From positions 1 through 64,000 of the IMG/VR virus record IMGVR_UViG_3300032334_000335: a DNA stretch of 64,000 nucleotides. The stretch is one strand, 5' to 3'. Positions 44,622 through 53,721 of the stretch are shown here, in pieces (position 1 is the stretch's first letter; each line of letters begins with the position of its first letter). The notes beneath the pieces are model-generated. The model did not search any database and was not told the origin of the DNA. It saw nothing but the letters and a program-made list of their open reading frames with translations. This DNA comes from a virus. A program made the translations under genes and the position numbers.

Positions 44622-45481
44622 ATTAGCCCCATTAATGCATCGGCATTTCTTGTAATACTTGATTTGTTCATAACATGAATATCCATACCTTTAGTCGAGG
44701 CAAGACAGTAGTTGTCATTTAGTGTCGGTGATACTAAAAACTTTAAAAGACCAGATTCATTTACTTCAAGTAGTATGTCTCTGTCAAGTGCAGTTAACAC
44801 AGGCGGCAAAGACACAGTGGCATTTGTTTCAAATCCGTCTAATATATGTTTTGCTACACTAAATGAAATGTCATTTCGATATTGTCTAGTGGTAAATCTA
44901 AATAAATCGCCATAATAATCGTACCTATTCCTAACAAAATCTACCATGTCAAAAATAGATTTTGAATAATCATTCTTGGTAAACATTATAGTTGTGGCCC
45001 AAAATAAGTGTACTCCGGTATCAGAAATATACCTATCATGGACTCCTAGTCTATCAATATCTACTATATCATTGATAGCTTTTGATATTAAAAAATCTTC
45101 TTCTACATCCCAGTATTGTGCTAGTCTGTCTGAAAATATTAAAAAGTCACTGTCTATTAATAATGTTCTATCATACGGAGTAATATCCCAAGCAGAGCAT
45201 CTATTGGCATTTACAAAAGGCACAACTTTATTTTCAACACCGTCATAGAGTTTACGAGTATTATCAGTTTGAGGGCGATCAACTAGAATGATATTTTCAA
45301 AAACAGATTTTGCTTTGTCGTAAATGCCAGAAGCTTTCATCCATTCTGCTGTGGACTCGTCAGTTACTAGTGAAGCAGGAACCTTGAGATGCTTTGACGC
45401 AAGGCCTCCGGCTATTATAGCATGTAGAGCATAATCAACTTCTGGATTGTTATGCGCAAATATTAAAATGCCTTTTTTCAT
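44618..45481 (-). CDS. GT-A (GT8-like) glycosyltransferase
   Basis: TPYDRTLLIDSDF, RNDISFS, HVMNK. Confidence 0.7.
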   Translation of the reverse strand: MKKGILIFAHNNPEVDYALHAIIAGGLASKHLKVPASLVTDESTAEWMKASGIYDKAKSVFENIILVDRPQTDNTRKLYDGVENKVVPFVNANRCSAWDITPYDRTLLIDSDFLIFSDRLAQYWDVEEDFLISKAINDIVDIDRLGVHDRYISDTGVHLFWATTIMFTKNDYSKSIFDMVDFVRNRYDYYGDLFRFTTRQYRNDISFSVAKHILDGFETNATVSLPPVLTALDRDILLEVNESGLLKFLVSPTLNDNYCLASTKGMDIHVMNKSSITRNADALMGLI

Positions 45482-45828
45482 AGATCGAGAAGTTTCTCAA
45501 CAGTTCTACTTTTTTTAATTTTTTCATATTCGTCAAAATACTCTATTGTAGATACAAAATATCTATCTAAAATCTCATCTCTAAAGGATTCAAGATCTGG
45601 GATAACTATCGGATTATCATTTATATCTAGTAAAGGAACATCTTTCGAACGACCAAGGTCAACTAGCATTTGAACAAATGAGATTAAAGATCTATCGATC
45701 TTAAAAATGCCGCCATTAACTCCGTAGGTTAACTTAGCATCAATTTTTTCTTTTAGGGTTTTTCTTTGAATAGAAAAGGTCTGACGATAGTTAGAAAAGT
45801 CGAGAGCTTTTTTGAGTTGATCTTCCAT
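45478..45828 (-). CDS. Hypothetical protein, first gene of the glycosyltransferase operon
   Basis: 116 aa; AGGAG SD. Confidence 0.7.
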   Translation of the reverse strand: MEDQLKKALDFSNYRQTFSIQRKTLKEKIDAKLTYGVNGGIFKIDRSLISFVQMLVDLGRSKDVPLLDINDNPIVIPDLESFRDEILDRYFVSTIEYFDEYEKIKKSRTVEKLLDL

Positions 45829-45833
45829 TGTTT

Positions 45834-45876
45834 CTCCTAGTTAACATAGCAGTTTATTTATTTGCTATACTAGGAG
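45834..45876 (-). promoter_or_regulatory. Anti-SD hairpin with late promoter in its loop
   Basis: Minus strand: CTCCTAG-t-ATAGCA-aaTAAATAaac-TGCTAT-gttaa-CTAGGAG-aaaca-ATG. Confidence 0.65.
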
Positions 45877-45887
45877 GAGAAGATATT

Positions 45888-46850
45888 TTAGGCAGGAGCT
45901 ATTTGAGTGATAGTCACTGTTGGCGATTCAACTCTAAAATTACCTGCACCAGCAGGCAATAGAGTTCCATATGCTTCATAGGTTGTTATATTCAAACTAA
46001 AGGTTCCGTCAACTGCATCAAAAGGAGGCCATGCTGGGCTGTTTCCTTCAGGATCATTATAATCGTCAGTCCATCTAATTCTAAACTCTATAGAGTTAGC
46101 ATCACCATTGCTATTATCAAACGTGTTTGGAGTTCTAGCATCAATAGCATAAATGTTACTTGAATATGGTGAAGAACCGCTTTGAGCATACCAAGTTCCA
46201 AAACTGCTTGACAATCGATAAAAGTTTTGTCCGTCATTTGGTTCAGTACCAGTCTGTGGTTTATTTCCGCCAAATGCCTGCGTACCAGCTGTATTTAAAA
46301 TTGTTGTCCAAGCTAAGATCTGCGAAGTGCTGGTTCCACCAGTTCGAGTTGAAGTAAATTGAATCTCGCTTCCGCTGTTGAAAAAGTGTCTTGCTGCTTG
46401 AGCATTAGACCAACTTACTGTTGCAATACATTGTATTTTTGTACTCCAAGAACTTCCAAAAACTCCTGGCCACGAGGTTGATGCTGTACCTTTATTAGTG
46501 GTAATAGATTGACTCGGCGGCGGTTTATTAAATTTATTAGATACAATGCTATCAGCGATCGAGTCAAACTGTGAAACTGGTGCTGTAGTTGGGTCGTATC
46601 TTACTGTACCGCCTTCGGCGACTTGTACTAAAGATGGAATACTTCCGTTTTGATGATTGTATGCATTAATCATATCATAACGAAGATTGGCCCATTCATT
46701 GATGGTTACTTTGCTAGATTCGGTAACTGCTGAACTCAATACAGTTTGTCCATACCCATTATTTCCGCCAGGAGAGAGACCTAATACCGGAACAACTTTA
46801 TCCCGAATATTATTATAATCTGCTTTATAGATGATGTCATTAACGGCCAT
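45888..46850 (-). CDS. Virion structural protein (tail/baseplate associated)
   Basis: S/T/G-rich; paralogous to the N-terminal about 300 aa of 46898..49666; TAAATA at 46876-81. Confidence 0.7.
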   Translation of the reverse strand: MAVNDIIYKADYNNIRDKVVPVLGLSPGGNNGYGQTVLSSAVTESSKVTINEWANLRYDMINAYNHQNGSIPSLVQVAEGGTVRYDPTTAPVSQFDSIADSIVSNKFNKPPPSQSITTNKGTASTSWPGVFGSSWSTKIQCIATVSWSNAQAARHFFNSGSEIQFTSTRTGGTSTSQILAWTTILNTAGTQAFGGNKPQTGTEPNDGQNFYRLSSSFGTWYAQSGSSPYSSNIYAIDARTPNTFDNSNGDANSIEFRIRWTDDYNDPEGNSPAWPPFDAVDGTFSLNITTYEAYGTLLPAGAGNFRVESPTVTITQIAPA

Positions 46851-46897
46851 GTTTTAAACTCTATTATCGATAGAATATTTACGCAAAAAAGAAATCG

Positions 46898-49666
46898 TCA
46901 TGTGTAATACCGAACAATAACAACTCCCGAGTTGCCGTCGCCGCCACGAGAGTTTCCGCTTACGCTTCCGCCACCACCGCCACCACCGTAGAATATAGCA
47001 TTACCGCCTGTTGATGAGCCACCACCACCGCGACCTCCTGGTACCGCTGTGGACGATATTGCAGTTCCGCCTGCACCTCCGCCTCCATAGTATACTGAAG
47101 ATCCAGTAATGCCACTTGCAGTACCATCACCGCCTGCTCCCGCCGATGTAGATGAAGCATAAGATCCTGGTCTTCCTGCTTGGCCGGTTGGTCCACCGCC
47201 GCCACCGCCGCCACCGTTAGTCCAATTATAGTTAACAACGGCTCCTTGATCAGATGCAATAATACATCCAAAAGATCCCGGACCTCCGGTATTAACTCCG
47301 CTTAATCGAACTGTGTGATTTCCAGCAGCGATTGATTTAGAAGCATTATAGTTTCCGCCAAATCCGCTAACATCTAAAGCATTAACTCCATCTATGTAAA
47401 CTTTTCCATAGTTATCACAAGATGCTTGTATGTAATAGGTAGTTGAAGTTGGGAAATAAACATCATAAGATATGTCAAAACTTCCAGCATTAACATTATT
47501 CAAAGTCCAAACACCAAATGTGTTCAAGAATGCGTTATACGCTGGATTTGCATATTTTGTTACTCGAGCGGGATCACTATACAATGAGTTGAATATGTTG
47601 GCATAACCTGCACCATTTCCGCTACGGCCTCCGGTTTGATTATTTCCGTAATATTGAGCAGTTGGGAATCCAAAGCCAATCTGCCCAATATCACCACCAT
47701 TGCCGCCGCCTCCGCCGGCTGAATCGCCGTTATTTCTTGCGGCTGATACTTCGCGACATCCGTTTCCGCCTTGGCCGCCAACTGCTTTATACGAGAAGCC
47801 TGGACCGGAAATAGTAGAATCGGCACCGTTAGTACCTGCGCCGCCATTACTGCCACCCGACCCTCCACTGCCGCTGGTTATTCTTATATTAGCACCGGCA
47901 GTTACTGATATTCCGTTGATAGTGCGTACTTCTCCGCCTCCACCACCACCACCTGCACCATGCAGTGGATTTCCGTCAGCGCCGCCGCCACCAGCGCCAC
48001 CAGCGACAAGTAAGACATCGATATATCTAACATTGGCTGGAACTGCCCAGTTAGTATCCGAGGTGAATGTTGCCACTGCGTTAACAGGAGCTAAGAAAGA
48101 AGTGTCTGATATAATTACCGGTGTAGATTGTGCGAATAATGTTCCGTAAGAATCCGGAGAATATTTTCTTATTTGTAATACAATCGATTCTGTTCCTTCA
48201 GATCCATAATCATTTTTCAATGTACGAACAACAGTTCCTGTGTTATTGTTGATGACAAAAGATCCGCTGTTTGCATCATCAGTAAAATCAGCACCGTTAG
48301 TTGTACCGGCATTGGTCCAGAACAATGTAGTTCCGTTAGATATACCAGATGTTATAATATTATATGTTACTGTACCACCTTCGTTTACAGTAGATGCATT
48401 TGGGGTTACCTGGCATGTAGGCACCGATGTGTCAGTAACTGATACTGTTGCTGCCGTAGCAACAATAGGACCAACATTTGATGATGTTCTTAAATTCATC
48501 ACAATCGATTCTACACCTTCTAAGGATAGATCGTTGGTTAATGTTCTAGTAAATGTTCCGAGGCCGCTATTGATCGTTACAGATCCTTGATTTTGACCGT
48601 CAGTAAAATCGCTGGCATCAGTGTTACCACTATTAGTCCAATATAAAACGGTGCCATTATCAACATAAGATGTTGATACTGTAAAAGTTATTGTACCGCC
48701 TTCATTGACCGATATATTATTTGGCATAACTTGATATATTGGCGTTGGAGGCGGTGGAACGTATATAACTCCGGTAATCGCTATAGAAGATATAGAATAT
48801 GTAGGAGGAGTAATAGTAAAACTGCCGCCTTGTAATAATGTTCCTGTTGCTCTAAGCTCTTCAACAGAAACAGTTAATGTTCCGTCAACTTGATCGGGTG
48901 GAGGTGGATATCCTGGATCGGTATATCCGTCATACAATGTAACTCTAAATGTCAATACTGTTGCTGTTCCACTTGAGTTATTAGCAACGTTTGATTTTAC
49001 TTCTAACTGATAGTTATTTGCAGAGTACGGTGTTGACGATGCCGAAGTATAATAGTTCTGATAACTGTTTGTTAATGTATAAAAATTAAGGAACAGAGAA
49101 GTGTTTGCACCAAACTCTTGTGCTCCGGCAGTGGCCAATAAGTTAGTCCATGCACCATTCTGCTGAGTTGCAGATCCGCCTGTTCTGGTTGTTGATATTC
49201 TAATTTTTCCGCCAGTATTAAAAAAATACCTAGCTGCATTCGCTGAACCAAAAGTTACTGTTACTTCACATTGTGCAGATTGAGACCAAGCATCTGTCAA
49301 GGACTGCGATGCTCTTGAAGAAATTACAGACATGCCTTGACCAATAACAAATCTGTTTGCTATTATCTGATCAGCTACTGAGTTATAGTTTGTATTAGGG
49401 TTAGCAGCTCCAAATCTAACAGCATCGCCTGCTGAAACTTGTATTAAGTTTACCGGAGGCGTTCCGTCCTGATGAAGTTTTGCATTGTATAGGTCAATCC
49501 TTAGATTTTCCCATTGTTGTCTTGTGATTGTGTTACCTGAAGAAACTGCGCTGCTGGCGATTGATTGTCCGTATCCAAACGATCCGGAACCAGTTCCTAT
49601 TACACTTACAACTTTATTGCGTATGGTATTATAATCAACCGCCGCAACTTGTGAACCTGTTGGCAT
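46898..49666 (-). CDS. Virion protein with Calx-beta/Ig-like repeats and Gly-rich C-terminal domain
   Basis: Two VNEGGT.T...DFTD...L.ND...EG.ES repeats; VAGGAGGG...GNSGVVIVRY Gly-rich domain split by a lectin/PA14-like insert. Confidence 0.75.
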   Translation of the reverse strand: MPTGSQVAAVDYNTIRNKVVSVIGTGSGSFGYGQSIASSAVSSGNTITRQQWENLRIDLYNAKLHQDGTPPVNLIQVSAGDAVRFGAANPNTNYNSVADQIIANRFVIGQGMSVISSRASQSLTDAWSQSAQCEVTVTFGSANAARYFFNTGGKIRISTTRTGGSATQQNGAWTNLLATAGAQEFGANTSLFLNFYTLTNSYQNYYTSASSTPYSANNYQLEVKSNVANNSSGTATVLTFRVTLYDGYTDPGYPPPPDQVDGTLTVSVEELRATGTLLQGGSFTITPPTYSISSIAITGVIYVPPPPTPIYQVMPNNISVNEGGTITFTVSTSYVDNGTVLYWTNSGNTDASDFTDGQNQGSVTINSGLGTFTRTLTNDLSLEGVESIVMNLRTSSNVGPIVATAATVSVTDTSVPTCQVTPNASTVNEGGTVTYNIITSGISNGTTLFWTNAGTTNGADFTDDANSGSFVINNNTGTVVRTLKNDYGSEGTESIVLQIRKYSPDSYGTLFAQSTPVIISDTSFLAPVNAVATFTSDTNWAVPANVRYIDVLLVAGGAGGGGADGNPLHGAGGGGGGGEVRTINGISVTAGANIRITSGSGGSGGSNGGAGTNGADSTISGPGFSYKAVGGQGGNGCREVSAARNNGDSAGGGGGNGGDIGQIGFGFPTAQYYGNNQTGGRSGNGAGYANIFNSLYSDPARVTKYANPAYNAFLNTFGVWTLNNVNAGSFDISYDVYFPTSTTYYIQASCDNYGKVYIDGVNALDVSGFGGNYNASKSIAAGNHTVRLSGVNTGGPGSFGCIIASDQGAVVNYNWTNGGGGGGGGPTGQAGRPGSYASSTSAGAGGDGTASGITGSSVYYGGGGAGGTAISSTAVPGGRGGGGSSTGGNAIFYGGGGGGGSVSGNSRGGDGNSGVVIVRYYT

Positions 49667-49667
49667 A

Positions 49668-51434
49668 TTATAAAATCACCGCTTCAATAAGTTTTAGACC
49701 TGTGTCATCGCTTGACTCTAGTGCGATTGCAAACGTGTATAAATCAACGTGTCTTGCTACTGCGCATCCGTTGTCAGAGGCCACTAAATGATCTCCTTTC
49801 TTGACTGCTCCTGATACTTTAACTGGAACTCGTCCTTTTAGTGCAATGTAAGTTCCACCTTCTAGATCTTTATTCATCATAAATGCTGGATTAGCACTTA
49901 CTACACCTACAGCTCTCACACCATTGTGACTTGCTGTTACTTCTTTTTCTCCACCAATCATTACCACAGTTCCAACTTCATAATCTTGATCTGCTAGGTA
50001 TTTTTCAGCTAGGTCAGCATAACGAGCTGCGGTTGCTGTACCTTGGAATAGTGTAGCATATAAGTCACCGCTGGGATCTCTTGCTGCAATACTATTTGCT
50101 GTTGCTGTAGTTTTTGCTGTTCTATAAGTGGCATCTGTATCAGTAGCACTGTCATCTATTTTAATTCTGTCTGCTTTATCAGTAATACCAATAAATTTTG
50201 TTGCTGCAATATTACCTGTAGCATCACGAACTGGAATCGAGATCTTGTTTACTGCGCTAGGAACCGCCACTGATGGAGCAATCCCAGTCAACTTGCTGGC
50301 ATTATCTGCATTACCTGTTAGGTCTCCCTGTACACTACCAAATAAGTTTCCTCTTAAACTTGCGCCATCGTATCCGATTTGTCCAGTAGTGGCATTAATT
50401 AAAACCGTAGTATCAATCGCTAGTATATTTCCTGTGTGTACTCCATTGGTATCTCCTGTAAGATTGCCACTAAATGTACCGTAAAAGTTCGATGAATAGA
50501 CATTTTTCCATCTAGCCGTTGTAGTTCCTAAACTGTATTCGTCATCCTCGCCTGGTGTAATCGTTGTAAAATCAAATGTAGCAATTTTATTTTTTACACC
50601 GCCGGATGTAATTCTTATTGTGATTGGTCCGCCTAACTGGCTAGCTAACACTAACCCGTCTGTGAGTTCTTTAGCAATCAATAAATCGTTATTTGCGCCA
50701 ACTGTGATACCGTCATCTGTAAAAGAAATCTTGCTGGTAAACTTAAGATCGTCTTTCTTTAAGAAACTAGAGGATGAAAATCCATTTAGTGTCAGTGCAT
50801 TAGATGCTGTTCCCCAAAAATAGTGATCATCACCAGTCACTCCAGTGCTTGGAGTTTTAACTAAGGTGATACCTTTCTTAATGAGGTTGAAATCTTGTAT
50901 AGGGTTAGTTGTAGGATTAAGAGTGAACTCGTCTTGACTAACTATTGCTACCACTACACCAGCAGAAACCATCTTAATAATGGTATGATTGTTATTCAAT
51001 GTATCTTTAACAACTTGTGCAGATACAGAACTAGCACCTAAATCTGGGCTAGCAGCTGGTCCAACTAGTACATAATCAGTACCGGACCATGTATATAACT
51101 GTTTTGCAACACTATCCCACCAAAACTCGCCTGTGGCTAATCCAGATGGTGCTGTAGAACTAACCTCAGCGCCATTTGCTACTTTAAATTTTGATCCTGT
51201 ATAGAACTTTAGTTTGCTGTTAGCACTATCGTACCAAATCTGACCCATAACAGCTTTCGGAGGAGCAGTGGTATTTGCAAAACTTTCTAATAAATGTAGG
51301 TAGTTTTCATTCTGAACTTCACCGTATCCAGCGTAGTTTTTACCTACAAATCGTAGATCTGTAGTTGTGTCAATAGTACCGTCTTCTACAGCTACTAAAA
51401 ACGTTCCATTAAATTTGTTTACTTGATATGCCAT
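49668..51434 (-). CDS. Tail fibre-like protein with C-terminal autocleaving chaperone-like domain
   Basis: GKNYAGYGE..NEN..LLE.FA N-domain; YADLAEKY...GVVS.NPA..MN...ALKGRVPVKV C-domain; TATAAATA at 51457-64. Confidence 0.75.
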   Translation of the reverse strand: MAYQVNKFNGTFLVAVEDGTIDTTTDLRFVGKNYAGYGEVQNENYLHLLESFANTTAPPKAVMGQIWYDSANSKLKFYTGSKFKVANGAEVSSTAPSGLATGEFWWDSVAKQLYTWSGTDYVLVGPAASPDLGASSVSAQVVKDTLNNNHTIIKMVSAGVVVAIVSQDEFTLNPTTNPIQDFNLIKKGITLVKTPSTGVTGDDHYFWGTASNALTLNGFSSSSFLKKDDLKFTSKISFTDDGITVGANNDLLIAKELTDGLVLASQLGGPITIRITSGGVKNKIATFDFTTITPGEDDEYSLGTTTARWKNVYSSNFYGTFSGNLTGDTNGVHTGNILAIDTTVLINATTGQIGYDGASLRGNLFGSVQGDLTGNADNASKLTGIAPSVAVPSAVNKISIPVRDATGNIAATKFIGITDKADRIKIDDSATDTDATYRTAKTTATANSIAARDPSGDLYATLFQGTATAARYADLAEKYLADQDYEVGTVVMIGGEKEVTASHNGVRAVGVVSANPAFMMNKDLEGGTYIALKGRVPVKVSGAVKKGDHLVASDNGCAVARHVDLYTFAIALESSDDTGLKLIEAVIL

Positions 51435-51484
51435 TTCTGCTCCACCTTAATCTTTGTATTTATAGTATTTCTAACTTGTGCTTG

Positions 51485-53701
51485 TTACAGCTTCATGATG
51501 TAAAATAATGCTACGTAAGGAGGAACAGTATCTACTGTTATTCCTGCAACAGTTGCAGATCCGCTTAACGTGTGAGAGTGTACACCGTCTGCTCTAATAA
51601 CGTGAGAGTGAGACTGATTTCCACCTGCAGATTCAGTTACACTCGGAAAACCATAGGATCCATTGTCTTGGTCGCCGTCTGATGCATTACCGTTAGTATA
51701 AAAACTAGGGTAAATGTATGTTCCGTTTCGATCTCTAACAGGACCTGTACTTCCGCCTAGGCCGTAATCACCGATAATAGCATATGTATCTGTGAACAGA
51801 TGTGTATGAGCTGGCATTTCTGCCGGAGTAATAGTATGCCCATCGGTGACACCGTTGTGTACGTGGCTACCTGCGTTGGCTGTAGTTCCGCTAAATGTCA
51901 CAGATTGACTACCTGCTGACCCTGTAGTTGATCCGCCAGTGGCTCCTAGGCCATAAGTTGATCCAGCACCTACCACAAACTTGTTTCTTAAATCAGGGGT
52001 TCCGTTGGCACCGTCACATACTGCCCATCCGTTGGGTACTGCATTTGATGGGCCGTACCATTGCATGACCATCCCACGTATAAATGATGTTCCCCATACT
52101 GGGTCGCCTGAAGCATTTGATTGTAGAACCTGTCCATCTGCGCCTGGGGCTAACATCGCTGTCGCTCCGGCTGCTGATTGATAAACTAGTGAACCTCTAG
52201 TTCCGCCAGCAATATGTGTTGTTGTGACTGCTGTAGTTGCACTGTCTGCATTACCATGAAATGTTGCTCCATACACATCTGTTGCACGAACATTATTTGC
52301 ATAAACATTATTCCATTTAGCAGTAGGATGTCCTAGGTTAGTGACATTTTCTGTATCTGGAATCAGTGCAGGAGCCTGTAAGCCTCCCTGCGACAGTGAT
52401 ATAGATGAAGGAATGAAGTTTAAATCAGTTGAACCACCAGGTTGTAAAGGATCCACAATTTCAAAATTTAGTGGAGTATTAGGCAGTTGAACTTTTACTG
52501 TAGGATTTCCGTTATCTATAAACAGTTTAAGTTGTTCCGAGTTACCAATTTTAACACCAACATCTACTACTGTGAGCCCTTGCAATATTCCTACTGATTC
52601 CAAACTTGAATATCTAACATTGTCATTTAAATGTGTACCTGTTAAGGTTCCGGCATCGGCTGTAATACTAATATCTTCAGTACCGTTGAAGAATACTCCA
52701 TTGATTGTTCGACCATTTGCCAACTTAGTAGCTGAAAATGCATTACCTGTTAATGTGGCGCCGACAAACTTCGTGGCTCTAATTTCAGCGAAACTGCTAA
52801 ATCCGTCTATCGCTGTTACATTTCCTGTAACATTACCAACTAAATCTGCTGTGATAGTTCCAGCAGCAAAATCTCCAGATGCGTTTCTTAAAACTATTTT
52901 GCCTACAACATTTCCAGAGGCAGCATCTACTCCCCATGTTGCTGATTCAGTTCCATCAAAGTTATCACCTATAAGAAACTGACCTCGAATTAATGGTCTA
53001 GTGGTGCTGGCTCTGATAATGATATCATCTTGGCCGTCAAACCCTATACCGTTTATAGTTCTCTTGTTCTCTAATCTAACTGCCCTATCAGCGACTCCTT
53101 CGAGATCGCCGTGTATTTTTGTTAATCCAGACATTGTTATGCCTGACAATAATCTATCAAACCCTGGTATAGGATTTGCGAAACCAATTCTAAAAGGTGC
53201 TGAAGATATTATTCCAATAACAGAACCATTTACTTCAAGCAATATCACCGCATGATTAACTCCTTCGGTATCTGCTAATAATGCAGAACGTGTTTTAGTG
53301 GAAGCGAACCCTTCAACTTTTTCTGGTCCAATTAATACCCAAATATTACCGTCCCAAACATATAGTATTCCCGGAGGATTCTTATACCATAATGCCCCCG
53401 GAGGTGGATTTTCTGGCGGAGCTGCTGTTAAAGTTGGATTCCCTACTACTACCCATTGTGTACCGTCGTATACATTTAAAAGATTAAGAGTAGTATTATA
53501 CCATGTTTGACCGGATATAGGTCTTGCTGGAGGAAAATCGTTAGCAAAGTTTTCTAACAAGAATAAAAAATTCTCATTCTGTGTTTCACCGTAGCCTACG
53601 TAGTTTCGACCTACTAGTCCTAAGGTAGTGGTAGTATCAATAGTTCCGTCATCTAGAACTACTAACTCAACTCCACTGTATCTATTAATTGTATAAGGCA
53701 T
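51485..53701 (-). CDS. Tail fibre with tail-collar domain
   Basis: Same N-domain; PNGWAVCDG..TPDLRNKF; HxH repeats; PPYVALFYIMK. Confidence 0.85.
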   Translation of the reverse strand: MPYTINRYSGVELVVLDDGTIDTTTTLGLVGRNYVGYGETQNENFLFLLENFANDFPPARPISGQTWYNTTLNLLNVYDGTQWVVVGNPTLTAAPPENPPPGALWYKNPPGILYVWDGNIWVLIGPEKVEGFASTKTRSALLADTEGVNHAVILLEVNGSVIGIISSAPFRIGFANPIPGFDRLLSGITMSGLTKIHGDLEGVADRAVRLENKRTINGIGFDGQDDIIIRASTTRPLIRGQFLIGDNFDGTESATWGVDAASGNVVGKIVLRNASGDFAAGTITADLVGNVTGNVTAIDGFSSFAEIRATKFVGATLTGNAFSATKLANGRTINGVFFNGTEDISITADAGTLTGTHLNDNVRYSSLESVGILQGLTVVDVGVKIGNSEQLKLFIDNGNPTVKVQLPNTPLNFEIVDPLQPGGSTDLNFIPSSISLSQGGLQAPALIPDTENVTNLGHPTAKWNNVYANNVRATDVYGATFHGNADSATTAVTTTHIAGGTRGSLVYQSAAGATAMLAPGADGQVLQSNASGDPVWGTSFIRGMVMQWYGPSNAVPNGWAVCDGANGTPDLRNKFVVGAGSTYGLGATGGSTTGSAGSQSVTFSGTTANAGSHVHNGVTDGHTITPAEMPAHTHLFTDTYAIIGDYGLGGSTGPVRDRNGTYIYPSFYTNGNASDGDQDNGSYGFPSVTESAGGNQSHSHVIRADGVHSHTLSGSATVAGITVDTVPPYVALFYIMKL

Positions 53702-53721
53702 TTAAACCGCTCCTGATCTCA

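Noticed and set aside
46898-48010. GC-rich ccgccacc repeats as a DNA repeat element or collagen
   Set aside because: They encode poly-Gly stretches of a Gly-rich domain, not Gly-X-Y and not a non-coding repeat
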